Of a DNA stretch of 64,000 nucleotides, positions 52,047-62,908 are shown in pieces (position 1 is the stretch's first letter; the number at the start of each line of letters is the position of its first letter). Location: the sequence record NC_070966.1. One strand, given 5' to 3'. The position numbers were made by a program, and so were the translations under genes. Under the pieces are notes generated by a model that was not told the DNA's origin, ran no database searches, and saw only the letters and a list, made by a program, of their open reading frames with translations.

Positions 52047-53099
52047 TTATAATTCAGCGTCAGCTGTAAATTGGAACTGATAAAATCCACTTTGATTTGT
52101 TGCATTAGCAGTTAGATATACTCTGCATCTATCGGCATTCAAGTCATCAGTAGTTGGCGTACTACTAGGAAAACTATTAACACTGATTATAGTAAGTCCA
52201 AGTGTAGGAGCAGTTCTCATTGTTACAGGAAAATATAACATCGTAGTATATGTAGCACCTGAAATCGTATCACCTTGCCATGTAACTGCATTTAATGATT
52301 TTGTGTAGTACCGATAGCACAGTCTGATTTCATCACCTAGATGTCTTTTTGAAAAAGGGTCAGTTTCATATTGAGCGTCACCCTCTACTACAGATACATG
52401 AGATAGATCAAATGTTCCAGACTGTTGACCTAAGTTACTTGCTCGACTCGCAAGAGTCGATCCAGCATCAAACCAGAAGTTGAGTATTAGTGTATGATTG
52501 CTATCACTTCCTAGAATTTTTCCTGAAATCGATGGGAGAGTTACAAGTATAGAGTATCTCTTCCATGATGATGTAAGAGATACTAGACCTAGTGGGATCG
52601 AAACTGAAGTTGATGGTGATCCACCACTACCAAAACTTTGGTAAAATTCTAGAGCAATATTACGATTAGTATCAGCTTTAGCATAAAATGTAACTGTAAC
52701 TGTTTTGTTAGCTAGAAAATGAACACCTTCTATAGCTTGTGATTTTACAGCATAATTTCCAGAACCTGCTACAGAGGCTACAACTGTACGACTGAAGTAA
52801 GACGGATTATTTGGAACTTCAGTATGACCCAATGTGAATGACTGCCTGGATGCAGTTTTAGTAGTTCCGATATTCAGATTCATCCATCGATCATCAGATC
52901 CGTAACCAGAAGATGTCTGAGAAGTACCTCGTTGCCATATATCAAAGTCACCGTTGATAATCTTATTTCTGAAACCTGGCAGATTATCAACTAGTAGATT
53001 AGCACGTGATTTAGGTAGTGAAATTAAGTCGCTTAGATTATTAGAACTGTCTAATTTACCATAAGCAACTTCAGGAGTTTCTGCTCCAATATATGACAT
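52047..53099 (-). CDS. tail fibre-associated carbohydrate-binding-like protein (paralog B)
   Basis: 'NNLSDL...RANL', 'RNKIINGDFDIWQRGTS'; clear similarity to 49260-50180. Confidence 0.75.
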   Translation of the reverse strand: MSYIGAETPEVAYGKLDSSNNLSDLISLPKSRANLLVDNLPGFRNKIINGDFDIWQRGTSQTSSGYGSDDRWMNLNIGTTKTASRQSFTLGHTEVPNNPSYFSRTVVASVAGSGNYAVKSQAIEGVHFLANKTVTVTFYAKADTNRNIALEFYQSFGSGGSPSTSVSIPLGLVSLTSSWKRYSILVTLPSISGKILGSDSNHTLILNFWFDAGSTLASRASNLGQQSGTFDLSHVSVVEGDAQYETDPFSKRHLGDEIRLCYRYYTKSLNAVTWQGDTISGATYTTMLYFPVTMRTAPTLGLTIISVNSFPSSTPTTDDLNADRCRVYLTANATNQSGFYQFQFTADAEL

Positions 53100-53431
53100 T
53101 AACTACTCTCCATCAAAGATACATAAGCATCAATCGATGCAGCTGTACTGGATACAATATATAAAGAATATCCTGGCATCAATACAAGTTTCTGATCTCC
53201 ACCTACAAGTACAAGAGATGACCCTTGAATAATCGGAGCATTCTTAACAATATAAATATTGTTAGTTCCATCGTTGACATACACGTCGACATTTACAGAT
53301 GCGATCAGTAGGTTAGCGACTGAAAATCCGATAACTGTAGCTGTAGTACTAGCAGGTACGTTGTAATTAGAAATCTTAACAGGAGTCGTACCGATTACTC
53401 TACTGTTAATAGATTTAAATACAGTAGCCAT
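53099..53431 (-). CDS. small virion structural protein
   Basis: Beta-rich; translationally coupled within the fibre cluster. Confidence 0.7.
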   Translation of the reverse strand: MATVFKSINSRVIGTTPVKISNYNVPASTTATVIGFSVANLLIASVNVDVYVNDGTNNIYIVKNAPIIQGSSLVLVGGDQKLVLMPGYSLYIVSSTAASIDAYVSLMESS

Positions 53432-53435
53432 TTTA

Positions 53436-53666
53436 TTATCCTAACGCAATAGCCATAGCAATTGCAGTTGAAGTATCCGATACAGAATTTGCATCAATTG
53501 CAGTAGATAGTTCTGCAAGTGTATCACGACTAGCAGGTGCACTACCTTTGATTGTATTGATCTTATCTGTTACAACAGTATTAACAAATTCTGTCGTAGC
53601 TACTCGGCTGGAACTATTATTATTCTCAGCAGTTATTCCGACGAATGGTGGAACTGATAGTGGCAT
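53436..53666 (-). CDS. small fibre-like structural protein
   Basis: 'RVATTEFV', 'APASRDTLAEL', C-terminal AIAMAIALG. Confidence 0.7.
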   Translation of the reverse strand: MPLSVPPFVGITAENNNSSSRVATTEFVNTVVTDKINTIKGSAPASRDTLAELSTAIDANSVSDTSTAIAMAIALG

Positions 53667-53670
53667 TGTA

Positions 53671-54453
53671 TTATCCTCTAATCCCTTCTAGAACAATATT
53701 TCCAGTGATGTTACCTGCAGATGCAATAAATCTAATAGCATTTTGACTACCTGTTAAAGTAGCTGACTTAGACGCTAGTGTAACTCCTGCATGCAAGCTA
53801 CTTGTAACTAGTCCTGTAAAGTGGGTAATCATATACTTGATAGTTGATGCTTTATTAAGATTAATCAACGTTGCAGTAATCAGAGAAGGATCATTAGCCA
53901 ATGTAGTAACTGTCATTTGATAACCAACTGCAGTACTTGAGGTACCATTTACAACTGCTGTACTATATCCATAATAAGCCAAAGAATGATTTCCACTCGT
54001 TGTGAATGTCGATCCGTTATCTGAACTTAATTGAATAAATCCTAAACCACCTGAAGTCAGTGCTAAGTCACCAACAATTCTCAGAGTCTTAAATGCTGCT
54101 AGATTAGTAATAGGAAAGTTTGCAACGTTCGTAAATGAGTAAGATCCAATAAGTTCCCAGGCATTAGGTCTAAATACTTTCGTGCCAGTCCCATCACCTA
54201 CTGCTATAGAGTTATCGTCGGTATCCCATTCCATCACACCCTCTTCGGTTGGAAGAGATGATGTGCTTTGAGTGAGAATAATCTTAGGACTCGATAAAGT
54301 TTTATTAGTAAGTGTTTCAGATCCAGTCAAGGATGCTTTGGCGTCTAAACTTGACTGAACAGTTGATGCGACTGCCTTTGTAGCTAGTGCGTCTTTAATC
54401 GAGGAGTTAGATCCTCGTAATGCTTCAATTGAGTCTCTAACTTTGCTCGACAT
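53671..54453 (-). CDS. fibre-like structural protein
   Basis: 'SETLTNKTL' fibre repeat; beta-rich C-terminus. Confidence 0.7.
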   Translation of the reverse strand: MSSKVRDSIEALRGSNSSIKDALATKAVASTVQSSLDAKASLTGSETLTNKTLSSPKIILTQSTSSLPTEEGVMEWDTDDNSIAVGDGTGTKVFRPNAWELIGSYSFTNVANFPITNLAAFKTLRIVGDLALTSGGLGFIQLSSDNGSTFTTSGNHSLAYYGYSTAVVNGTSSTAVGYQMTVTTLANDPSLITATLINLNKASTIKYMITHFTGLVTSSLHAGVTLASKSATLTGSQNAIRFIASAGNITGNIVLEGIRG

Positions 54454-54454
54454 A

Positions 54455-55147
54455 TTAAGTACTTTCTGAGAATACTACAACATCCACTACGTCACCTAAA
54501 GTTAAAGCAGGTGTGAATGTTATAAGAGTAGCTTCTATAACATAATCAGTACCAGCTACAATTTTCATACCGTTGACCCATACCATAACGATTTTATTTA
54601 GGAATGAACCATTGAATGTCGATTGACCTGCTACTGCTGTGAATGAGGATGAACCGTCAAAACTGAGAGATGTTGGAGTATAAAGAATCGTTAGATTTGA
54701 TTCTTTACATGTAAACTGATCACCTGTGGTACCGTAAACATACATCTTACCAGGATTGATCATATAGGATGGCATTTCGTAAAGTGCATAAGGAGGTAAT
54801 ATAATACTACCAGCACCTAACGTGGCAGGTGAGTCAAAATTGATCGCCATCACATTTTGTTGACTCAAATTCTGAAATGTAAGTCCTGATCGATTAAAGT
54901 TCGTATCAACAACCATCGAATTGGTAGTGTTAATAGCTCTACTGTAATCTATCCAACTAGTTAAATTAGCCTTTGTACGGATCAGTTCATTTTCACCGAT
55001 CGTAACATTCAAAGGATTAGTTTCACTAACTGGTACTCCATCAGGAGTCGAAGGAACGTGCTGATGGACATGAATCCCACCCGTTTCAATCGAACGGAAT
55101 GTCTTCATATTACCAGAAGCGTCTACAACATTATAATTATTGCTCAC
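54455..55147 (-). CDS. putative structural protein
   Basis: ORF in the structural run. Confidence 0.7.
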   Translation of the reverse strand: MSNNYNVVDASGNMKTFRSIETGGIHVHQHVPSTPDGVPVSETNPLNVTIGENELIRTKANLTSWIDYSRAINTTNSMVVDTNFNRSGLTFQNLSQQNVMAINFDSPATLGAGSIILPPYALYEMPSYMINPGKMYVYGTTGDQFTCKESNLTILYTPTSLSFDGSSSFTAVAGQSTFNGSFLNKIVMVWVNGMKIVAGTDYVIEATLITFTPALTLGDVVDVVVFSEST

Positions 55148-55201
55148 TTTAATACTCCTGAAGAGAAGGAGATAGGATTTAAGATCCTATCTCCTTATGT
55201 C

Positions 55202-55429
55202 TTAGACTTCGTCCCAGGTAAACTCACCCTTGTATCTAAATCTCTTACCAGTATCGTTTTCGACAACAATCGTACCGCGTACAGGATTCATTGTCTTACG
55301 ATCTTCAGAAGATCTGTACAGAAGAGAAGGTTCACTTGCAGATACCTCTACGAATGTATGAGTGTACTCAATAACTCGCGTAGGATCTTCTTGTCCAAGT
55401 TCTGGTTTGACTTCAGTTTTCTTAGCCAT
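55202..55429 (-). CDS. hypothetical protein
   Basis: Short ORF between structural genes. Confidence 0.6.
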   Translation of the reverse strand: MAKKTEVKPELGQEDPTRVIEYTHTFVEVSASEPSLLYRSSEDRKTMNPVRGTIVVENDTGKRFRYKGEFTWDEV

Positions 55430-55438
55430 ATTTACACC

Positions 55439-58400
55439 TTAAGAGATTGTAAGTCTGATATTACGAATTGCAGGAGCAGTTGTAAAGTCAGTCTTGTCTA
55501 GAGTTAATCTCAGTCGACTTGCGTTAGCAGCCAGACCTGTATACGTGTAGACTGAAGTCGTCCACTCGTTACCGATTTGAGTACTAGATACGAAAGTCAT
55601 TGAGGCAAACGATGAGTTAGCCAACTGGACTGATGGTTGGAAGGTTGACCCTGTAGGAACATACTGATCGATAACGAGCTTGAGAGTCGCTGGCGTAGTA
55701 GATCCATTAGGAATGTCAAACTGACGAGAAGTATACGTACCAGGCTTAACAGGTGTTCCACCATATAAGCAGAGACCCTTTCCGATAATCGGAGACTTGT
55801 TAGTAGATGATGAGATCATATCTACTTTAAGTAGAACCGTACCAGAAAGTGGGACTGTATAGAGAGGAATACCAGGAGTGATATCGTACTGAGTACCTGC
55901 TTGATCCTGAAGATAGAATCTTGCTGTTGTACTCTGAGGAACCGTAATCGTCTCGTCTGATAGAACCCAATCAGAGATTGAGGTCAATCCTGTTAGAGTT
56001 AGAAGTGTAGCTGTCGAAGTTCCACTAGTGTAGACAGCTTTTCTCAGAATCATCGTCAAGTCAGAGTCCTGGAATGCAGTCCATGTAGACTCGTTAGCCG
56101 AGACTTGGAATACACCACCATAAGGCTGCTGAGTGACACGCTTCTGAGTAAGCATATCATTGTAACCGAGTTTAGCAATACCTACTGAACCAGCAGGTTG
56201 AGATGTAAGTACAACAAGTGCCTTTTCATCACCTCGAGATACAGGAATTGGAGACTCGAATGAAATCTTATTCCAACCTGCTACAACACTGGCTTTCTTG
56301 ATACGACCAGACTCTGACTGCGTAGCAGATAGAGGAATACCGTATTCAGCTTCTGCTACCTTGGTAACGATATCGTCATCTGGTAGCTCTGTAACATACA
56401 GTGAAACTGATGTCAAGTCACCGTCATCTTCATCCAGAACGAATGTTTCAGCAATCGGATCGTAATAAACAACTTCAGTAGTAGCCGTCGTCATGACACG
56501 AAGGACCGCACTGGCAGTTGTATTACTTGACAGTCCTACACCTTTGATTTCGTAGTTGTTAGTAGGCGTACCTGCTGCAACTGAGAGGTTATAAGTGTAA
56601 GAACCACTACCATCTGCTGTTACGTTCTGACTGATGGAACGATACGTAATATGAATCGTTTCACCTGGAGCAAATCCTAAGAATCGAGCCTGAACAGTTT
56701 CTGTCGTGATCGTACTAGTCTTAGTCTGAGACGTCAACGGAGTTGAGAACAGATCACGAATTGTATTCCAGACGTTCTTCTTCCAAGATCCTGTAGCAGA
56801 TGGAATTGTACGATACTGATACCAGATCGTAGTCTGCGTGATATTGGATGGAGTTAACTGGAGCTGACCAATAGGAGGTGCACCTGCAACTGCATAAGGA
56901 TTGATCTTCTGACTAGTCGTAACTTGTGTCTGACTAATTACATCAGTTTCCGTGAATGGAAGAGTTGTAGTAGCAGATGTAACACCAAGTCTGTTGTATG
57001 TTGAATCAAGAATCAGAGATTCAAGATACAGAATCATATTGTTAGTAAGACCTAGGTCTTGCTTAACATTCGACTTCAAGTTATCAACGAACAGATTTCT
57101 CTTGTTAGTTGTCGGATCTGTTGAACGTGCACTATCCATTAGCGATAGAGTTGCAACATTATCTTCAACTGAGAAGAGTCTTGATTTCAGACTATTCAAT
57201 TCTGACTGCGGAATATTAGTAACGGTATCTGCAGTAATTACAGGATTCGAACCATTGATCAATTCGATCGTGAACAGTGAAAGAGCATTGCTCAGATACT
57301 GCGGAGGATTATAAGTTGTATAACCTGGAGTACCTCTACTGATAACGAACTGCTTGTTCTCAGTAATACTGAGACGATCAATACGTTTCAAGAAGTAGTC
57401 GTAGTCAACGTAGAACACACTACCATTAACAAGAACGTTACTTGAATCAAGAACGACTCCTAGACCGTCACCTGAAATCGTAGGTACGAACGTCGAGATG
57501 TAAGTATAAGTTACAGTGTAGGTTGAACCTGGAGCAGGTTCAGCACCACCTGGAGACCAGTTAATACTATCACCTGATACAATGTAATCTGTGTTTACAA
57601 CGTAAGTCGTACCACCTTGTGTAACGGATGATACTGCAAGAACTGGAGTATCTGGCAGTACGTCAATCGCTCCTGAGAAGCTACCGTGCGTAATCGTACG
57701 AGTTACAGACTTAGTACCTTGAATACGAGTTACTGTATTGATCTTATTGTATCGAAGATTGTACGTTGCACTACCTGTGTAGGTATATGGTTCACCAGCT
57801 ACTGCACGATTGTCAACAACAGGGTCGAATAGAACCTTCTGCTGAGTTTCAATGATAACTGGTACACCATTCACACGAGCTTTACCAGAACTGATATTAA
57901 CAATCGCAGAATTACTACCATCGAATGAGTCAAACGATGCACTCATACCATAAAGAACAGTACTACCACGAGTTTCTCTATCGTACTGGTTAAGAAGCTT
58001 ATTCATAACCAAGGATACATCATCAGTCTGACGAGAGATCGTCTGAATGACACCATCAACAATAGTGATAATCGGGAAGAATACTTCATCACCGGTTAGC
58101 TCACCTTGTGCGATCCATCTTGCAGACATCTTCTCGCGCATAGCACCTGGCTGACCTACGTTAGGAGATGCAGGATCTGGCTCGAGAATGAGAGGATCTT
58201 CAAGTTCAGTGATGAGAACAGTCTTAGCAGCAACACCTACAACGTAGGTGCCAGTTGCAGTAATCGGAACTACTCGAGTAGGTACTTGAGCGGTTACACC
58301 ATCAAGATATACCGTAGCATTCTTAAGAGTGATACCTGTAGTTGTAACAGCTTCAACTTCACCACCAGTAAGAATGCTACCGTTAGTGACAAGCTGAGTT

Positions 58401-58549
58401 AGAATGAGCTTTAGATCGTTTCTAATCGACTCCTGAATTTCATTCAATTCAGCTGCTTGTAGACCACTACCTGCAAGGAATAGAAGACGACTATAATTCT
58501 TAGTCGCATCAAATCTATTAAAATATGCGTTAGGAGGCGTATATGTCAT
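55439..58549 (-). CDS. large baseplate/tail protein (DUF4815-like)
   Basis: 'YFNRFDATKNYSRLLFLAGSGLQAAELNEIQ', 'DPIAETF', 'SANESTWT...QDSDL'. Confidence 0.8.
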   Translation of the reverse strand: MTYTPPNAYFNRFDATKNYSRLLFLAGSGLQAAELNEIQESIRNDLKLILTQLVTNGSILTGGEVEAVTTTGITLKNATVYLDGVTAQVPTRVVPITATGTYVVGVAAKTVLITELEDPLILEPDPASPNVGQPGAMREKMSARWIAQGELTGDEVFFPIITIVDGVIQTISRQTDDVSLVMNKLLNQYDRETRGSTVLYGMSASFDSFDGSNSAIVNISSGKARVNGVPVIIETQQKVLFDPVVDNRAVAGEPYTYTGSATYNLRYNKINTVTRIQGTKSVTRTITHGSFSGAIDVLPDTPVLAVSSVTQGGTTYVVNTDYIVSGDSINWSPGGAEPAPGSTYTVTYTYISTFVPTISGDGLGVVLDSSNVLVNGSVFYVDYDYFLKRIDRLSITENKQFVISRGTPGYTTYNPPQYLSNALSLFTIELINGSNPVITADTVTNIPQSELNSLKSRLFSVEDNVATLSLMDSARSTDPTTNKRNLFVDNLKSNVKQDLGLTNNMILYLESLILDSTYNRLGVTSATTTLPFTETDVISQTQVTTSQKINPYAVAGAPPIGQLQLTPSNITQTTIWYQYRTIPSATGSWKKNVWNTIRDLFSTPLTSQTKTSTITTETVQARFLGFAPGETIHITYRSISQNVTADGSGSYTYNLSVAAGTPTNNYEIKGVGLSSNTTASAVLRVMTTATTEVVYYDPIAETFVLDEDDGDLTSVSLYVTELPDDDIVTKVAEAEYGIPLSATQSESGRIKKASVVAGWNKISFESPIPVSRGDEKALVVLTSQPAGSVGIAKLGYNDMLTQKRVTQQPYGGVFQVSANESTWTAFQDSDLTMILRKAVYTSGTSTATLLTLTGLTSISDWVLSDETITVPQSTTARFYLQDQAGTQYDITPGIPLYTVPLSGTVLLKVDMISSSTNKSPIIGKGLCLYGGTPVKPGTYTSRQFDIPNGSTTPATLKLVIDQYVPTGSTFQPSVQLANSSFASMTFVSSTQIGNEWTTSVYTYTGLAANASRLRLTLDKTDFTTAPAIRNIRLTIS

Positions 58550-58556
58550 TTTATCC

Positions 58557-59387
58557 TCAGAATGTCATAACTATTTCGTAGAACTCTCTAGTTGAAGAGT
58601 TTCTAATAATAGGAGAAACGTTCTCAATTGAAAGTAGTGAACCCTTATCGGAGACTTCACTTGGTATTAGGTATTGCTTATTCTCATTACCTGCTGTAGG
58701 TACTGTACCAATAAATATACCGTATTGATAGATAGTATTATTAGGCGCATCTGTGAGATCGTAAGCAATATAAGCGTAGATATATTTCGTCGGAGTTAAT
58801 GACTCAGCCCATCGTCCCTGGTTTGTAACATACGCACCATTCACATCAGGTTTAACATACTTAACACTCATAACTTTTCTACGACCAAGTTCTCTATAAA
58901 GACCTTCATAGGTCAATAGAGGACTTGGAGGGGATGTAGTCCAAAGTGCAGAAGAAGTAGTGTTAACAGTCGGTATTGAAACAGTACCGACTGTAACTGA
59001 ACCGTTATCAATCCATTCAGCAGCAGTAACTGTTACAAGATACTTGTAATCATTTGATGCTGTTCTACCATAAACTTTGTAGGATTTAGCACCAGATACT
59101 GCACTCCAAGTCAACTTGATTGAACTACCAACTGAACTTAGAGTGAATGCAATAGCAGAAGATCCCGTAGTTTCTCCAGCATCTGTCGTACAAGTAACCT
59201 TGTAAGTATAACTTCCCAGAGGAAGCGTTCCTGCAACAGCTGATAGTGTGGCAGCTCCACTTGTCGGAGGGTCCATGTAAGGAGGGATATCTCCCCATGC
59301 AAGGTACAGTTGCTGATCTTTAATCGATTTAGCGATCGCAACGTGACCTGTATTGGTTAGCACCATAAAAGCCATAATTAACTCCAA
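58557..59387 (-). CDS. baseplate wedge protein
   Basis: 'LTNTGHVAIAKSI...LYLAWG', 'IYQYGIF', C-terminal 'IRNSSTREFYEIVMTF'. Confidence 0.65.
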   Translation of the reverse strand: MELIMAFMVLTNTGHVAIAKSIKDQQLYLAWGDIPPYMDPPTSGAATLSAVAGTLPLGSYTYKVTCTTDAGETTGSSAIAFTLSSVGSSIKLTWSAVSGAKSYKVYGRTASNDYKYLVTVTAAEWIDNGSVTVGTVSIPTVNTTSSALWTTSPPSPLLTYEGLYRELGRRKVMSVKYVKPDVNGAYVTNQGRWAESLTPTKYIYAYIAYDLTDAPNNTIYQYGIFIGTVPTAGNENKQYLIPSEVSDKGSLLSIENVSPIIRNSSTREFYEIVMTF

Positions 59388-60566
59388 TTATAGAACAGTA
59401 AGATAGATACTGTTGAACTTCTTACCAAAATTCAAGGTACCTCCACTGCTCTGATCGCCAGCGAGTGTAGGTGTTGTAATCGCATCTACATCTGCACTAA
59501 TACCATGTCGATACATCGCGATGTGATTAGTTCTTAAAGTTTCAGCTCTATCTAGCATCGACTTACCGAGTACGAAGTTATGCGAAAGTGATTTATCTTG
59601 CCATGAATAATTTATGTTACCATCAAGTGGTCTTAGATCCTGGTCAAGCTTACTTTCATCAAGTGTGAAAGCATAGATATTATGACGTCTACGTCTGATA
59701 TCGAATGCGAACGAGTCGTCTATAACAAGATCGTGAGATGTAATACGACCAGTTGTTGTCTGGAACATATAATAATCTTCACGGACGAATCTGTCCAGAA
59801 TAAGATTAACGTCAAGCAGATTAGGTCTGAATCTATCGTAAACAAGATCCGACGATATCTGGTGACCTCTGATGGTCTCAATCTTGATTTCAGAATAATC
59901 GTAAATCAGATCCGAGTCAAAAGTATTACATAGAAGTAGATTAATCGTATTTGAGGTCGAAGTTGATGTTGATCCATAAGGTCTGCTCAACTTACTCATA
60001 TCAAGAGTAAAGTCTCTTGACAGACGATGCATACCTAGAGATACAACATTGTTAGAATAATCGACTGATTCATCATAAACTCGACAATTCGTAATACCTT
60101 GAAGAGTCAAGCATAGAGGAAAGATTTCTCTCGCGAAGTCTTCAAGAGTAAGAATCTGATCAAGTGTGATTCTTACCTCATTCTCGAATACGAGAGTAAC
60201 GTCTGTACAACCATTCTCTGACTTAACATAGATTATGTTCTTAGGTTGGAGATTCAATAGTCTCAAGACTAATTGAAATCCTTCTTCAGTACCTTTGATA
60301 TTAGCCAAGTCTGACATAATCATCGAAACTGATGTTTCGTCGACATTGCCAGAAAGTAGCTTACCTAGAGTACTGGAACCTAAAAACTTAAGAATCTGCT
60401 GAGCATCGTAGTGTTCGGATGCTGGATTGTACAGATTCTTGATCTTGTTAATTTCTGGAGATACTGTATCATTGATAACCTTATCGAGAACGTTCGTTAC
60501 GTTCTCGTAAAGTGGATACTCTCGCAGATTAGGTGGTAAGTAATTAATACTTTTCATCATATTCAT
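59388..60566 (-). CDS. baseplate/tail protein
   Basis: 'IKGTEEGFQLVL' tail-protein-like motif; position between wedge genes. Confidence 0.6.
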   Translation of the reverse strand: MNMMKSINYLPPNLREYPLYENVTNVLDKVINDTVSPEINKIKNLYNPASEHYDAQQILKFLGSSTLGKLLSGNVDETSVSMIMSDLANIKGTEEGFQLVLRLLNLQPKNIIYVKSENGCTDVTLVFENEVRITLDQILTLEDFAREIFPLCLTLQGITNCRVYDESVDYSNNVVSLGMHRLSRDFTLDMSKLSRPYGSTSTSTSNTINLLLCNTFDSDLIYDYSEIKIETIRGHQISSDLVYDRFRPNLLDVNLILDRFVREDYYMFQTTTGRITSHDLVIDDSFAFDIRRRRHNIYAFTLDESKLDQDLRPLDGNINYSWQDKSLSHNFVLGKSMLDRAETLRTNHIAMYRHGISADVDAITTPTLAGDQSSGGTLNFGKKFNSIYLTVL

Positions 60567-61933
60567 TAGCTATATCCTAAATCAGGATCAGTACCTGAAA
60601 CATCCAGTGTATTGATATCAAGAGAATACTGGATATCATAGCTGTTGATTTTAAAGTATTGATTATAGTTTGCACGCTTGTCTGCGATCGGATACTTAGG
60701 ATAAACTCTCTTGACTCCAGGTAGATCCATAGCGATCAAACCTGAGACTGAGAAGATTCCACCTAACTTGTATTCCATTGATTGGAAGTAAGACTTAATA
60801 AGAGCATCTACTTCAACACTGTCTGCAATTGTACTGAGTACGACTAGTACCTTGATATTGACACCTAGTTCAACAGGATCTTGAAGAACAATATTCGTAC
60901 CTAGAACTTTATGTTTATCTAAGTACGCATAAAATTGATCTTTCTCGTAACTGAGAAGATGTCTTTTCTGGTCTGTAACGTATGCGAGATCAACAGTACA
61001 ACACGTATTTTGTCTCTTCACTGCATAACTTGAGATGATACCTGCATAAGATAGCGAGATACTATTGTAGTCCGCTAGTGTAATTAGACGTCTCTTAGTC
61101 GTGAAGTATCCTGGAGCAACTGACTTTAGTTTCTCGAGACTATCTTCATTAGATCCATAAGAGAGAATTGTACCAGATAAGACTTCACCAGCATTGAATG
61201 TCAACTGAGATAGATCCAAACTCAGATCTTCAGTAGCTGCTCCAGGTTGAATGTATTCAACTTTAACGATATCGCCATTGTTAAGTTTCATCCCTAGATC
61301 GTCATCACCAAAGATGAAGTAGGTACCTGCCGTATAAGTTCTTTCTAGAACATCAGCATCAACTAGCTCTTCAGCATTTCGTACAACAGTTACAAGTTCG
61401 TCATTTACCATGACGTTGTAGAGATTGTTGTCAATGGTGTCTTCAACAAGAAATCGTTCGAATACTTTCGTACTTGTAGAAGTGAATTGTACTGACTTCC
61501 AGAGACCAATAACTACATCAACAGTATTCTGACCAGCAACAAATCCTGTATCAGATAGAATCGAAAGAAACTCACCTCGATAGTTACCGATCGGAGTCTC
61601 TTTGGTCCACTGAACAGGATTAGTTAATGTGAATGTAATTCTGAATCTAGGTGCTGCCATTCTATTGACATTGTAACCTAGAGTCGTTGACAATCCTACT
61701 ACTGAAGATCGTAGTCGAGCAGTATCAATGTAGGCCTCTCTACGATTAGCAGATGCCATGTAGCTCAAGAATGATCCAAGACCTGCAGCGAGTTCGATGG
61801 TGGTCATACCAGCACCACCCTCGTAGAAGTCTTTCCATCTTCTCTGGTAGTCGTTCAGTGACTGAACATATGTCTTCAAGTCGTTTCTGATAGACTCAAA
61901 GGAGATTGAAGTAGGATTGATAATATTACTCAT
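60566..61933 (-). CDS. baseplate wedge subunit (T4 gp6/baseplate J-like)
   Basis: 'SFESIRNDLKTYV', 'REAYIDTARLRSSVV', 'EDSLEKLK..AP..F...RLITLADY'. Confidence 0.85.
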   Translation of the reverse strand: MSNIINPTSISFESIRNDLKTYVQSLNDYQRRWKDFYEGGAGMTTIELAAGLGSFLSYMASANRREAYIDTARLRSSVVGLSTTLGYNVNRMAAPRFRITFTLTNPVQWTKETPIGNYRGEFLSILSDTGFVAGQNTVDVVIGLWKSVQFTSTSTKVFERFLVEDTIDNNLYNVMVNDELVTVVRNAEELVDADVLERTYTAGTYFIFGDDDLGMKLNNGDIVKVEYIQPGAATEDLSLDLSQLTFNAGEVLSGTILSYGSNEDSLEKLKSVAPGYFTTKRRLITLADYNSISLSYAGIISSYAVKRQNTCCTVDLAYVTDQKRHLLSYEKDQFYAYLDKHKVLGTNIVLQDPVELGVNIKVLVVLSTIADSVEVDALIKSYFQSMEYKLGGIFSVSGLIAMDLPGVKRVYPKYPIADKRANYNQYFKINSYDIQYSLDINTLDVSGTDPDLGYS

Positions 61934-62298
61934 TTGGACAGTCCTATGACTTGTTCAAATCTATCGTCTCCTAGTCCGACGACCTCAAATACAAGATATA
62001 CTCGATAGATATGATTATCGTAATCCGGATCAACACTAGATCTTGATGTGTCCAGAATTACTCTAGGCTCCCATCTGTAGATAGCTTCGACGATTTCGTT
62101 ATACATCTGAAACGCGAGAGCTTCAGTCATAGGTTCGAAAAGTAAGTCTTCCAGATTAGATCCGAAGTCTGCTAGGAATAGTCTCGTATTTTTACTCGTG
62201 GTTAGGATCGATATGATTGATTGTTTGATCGAATCAATATCGTAAACGTAATTAGATTTCAACGATTGATTGATATCGGAGTAAACATAATACTGCAT
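61930..62298 (-). CDS. baseplate wedge subunit (T4 gp25/gpW-like)
   Basis: 'IKQSIISILTT..NTRLF..DFGSNL..LLFEP', 'IYRWEPRV'. Confidence 0.9.
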   Translation of the reverse strand: MQYYVYSDINQSLKSNYVYDIDSIKQSIISILTTSKNTRLFLADFGSNLEDLLFEPMTEALAFQMYNEIVEAIYRWEPRVILDTSRSSVDPDYDNHIYRVYLVFEVVGLGDDRFEQVIGLSK

Positions 62299-62299
62299 G

Positions 62300-62908
62300 T
62301 CAATTCAGATTAATCTTATCACCAGTAACATTGATTTCTCCATTACTGGTAACATTAATCTCTCCCTCTGCACTAATGTTAATCGTACCTTTGAGACTGA
62401 GACTCAAGGAGCCATCCTTCTCAATTTTCATATTCAACTTAGGCTCGTCAGACGATTGAGTAGAAGAAGACCCTTCATCTTCTTCAGTAGCCATGTGGAT
62501 GTACTCTGCAGTACCTTTCTTCTTATTCTGTCGATAGACATTACCAGAAGTATCTCTCCAACCATAGCTCTCAGGATAATCTTCGTCGAAATCTCCTGTA
62601 GACTCTTTCTCACTCTGCCAATGACCTGAGTAGAATGGCTGATAAACATTACCATGAGGAAAGGTAACAGATAGATGTGATCCAATCACTGGCACACTAA
62701 ACTGACTACCTTTTCCAGACCCTCCTTGGAAGGTAGGTTGATTAGGATAAACCCATGGAAGGTCTTCAGTATTACCTTTGTAAATACCATCAATCGTGAC
62801 TTTAACTCGACCTAGCTTCTTAGGGTCTTTGTTGTCAACAACAGTACCCTTCTGAGGCTTATTCAAATTATTAGTCTTGCTCATCCACTCTGCTGGTTTT
62901 AGAAGCAT
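62300..62908 (-). CDS. baseplate spike (gp5/gpV OB-fold)
   Basis: 'GTVVDNKDP.KLGRVKV', 'LPW', 'VPVIGS.LSVTF..GN..QP'. Confidence 0.88.
   Translation of the reverse strand: MLLKPAEWMSKTNNLNKPQKGTVVDNKDPKKLGRVKVTIDGIYKGNTEDLPWVYPNQPTFQGGSGKGSQFSVPVIGSHLSVTFPHGNVYQPFYSGHWQSEKESTGDFDEDYPESYGWRDTSGNVYRQNKKKGTAEYIHMATEEDEGSSSTQSSDEPKLNMKIEKDGSLSLSLKGTINISAEGEINVTSNGEINVTGDKINLN

Noticed and set aside
49260-53099. Diversity-generating retroelement TR/VR pair
   Set aside because: Differences between the paralogs are not adenine-specific, both are full ORFs, and there is no reverse transcriptase in the window.
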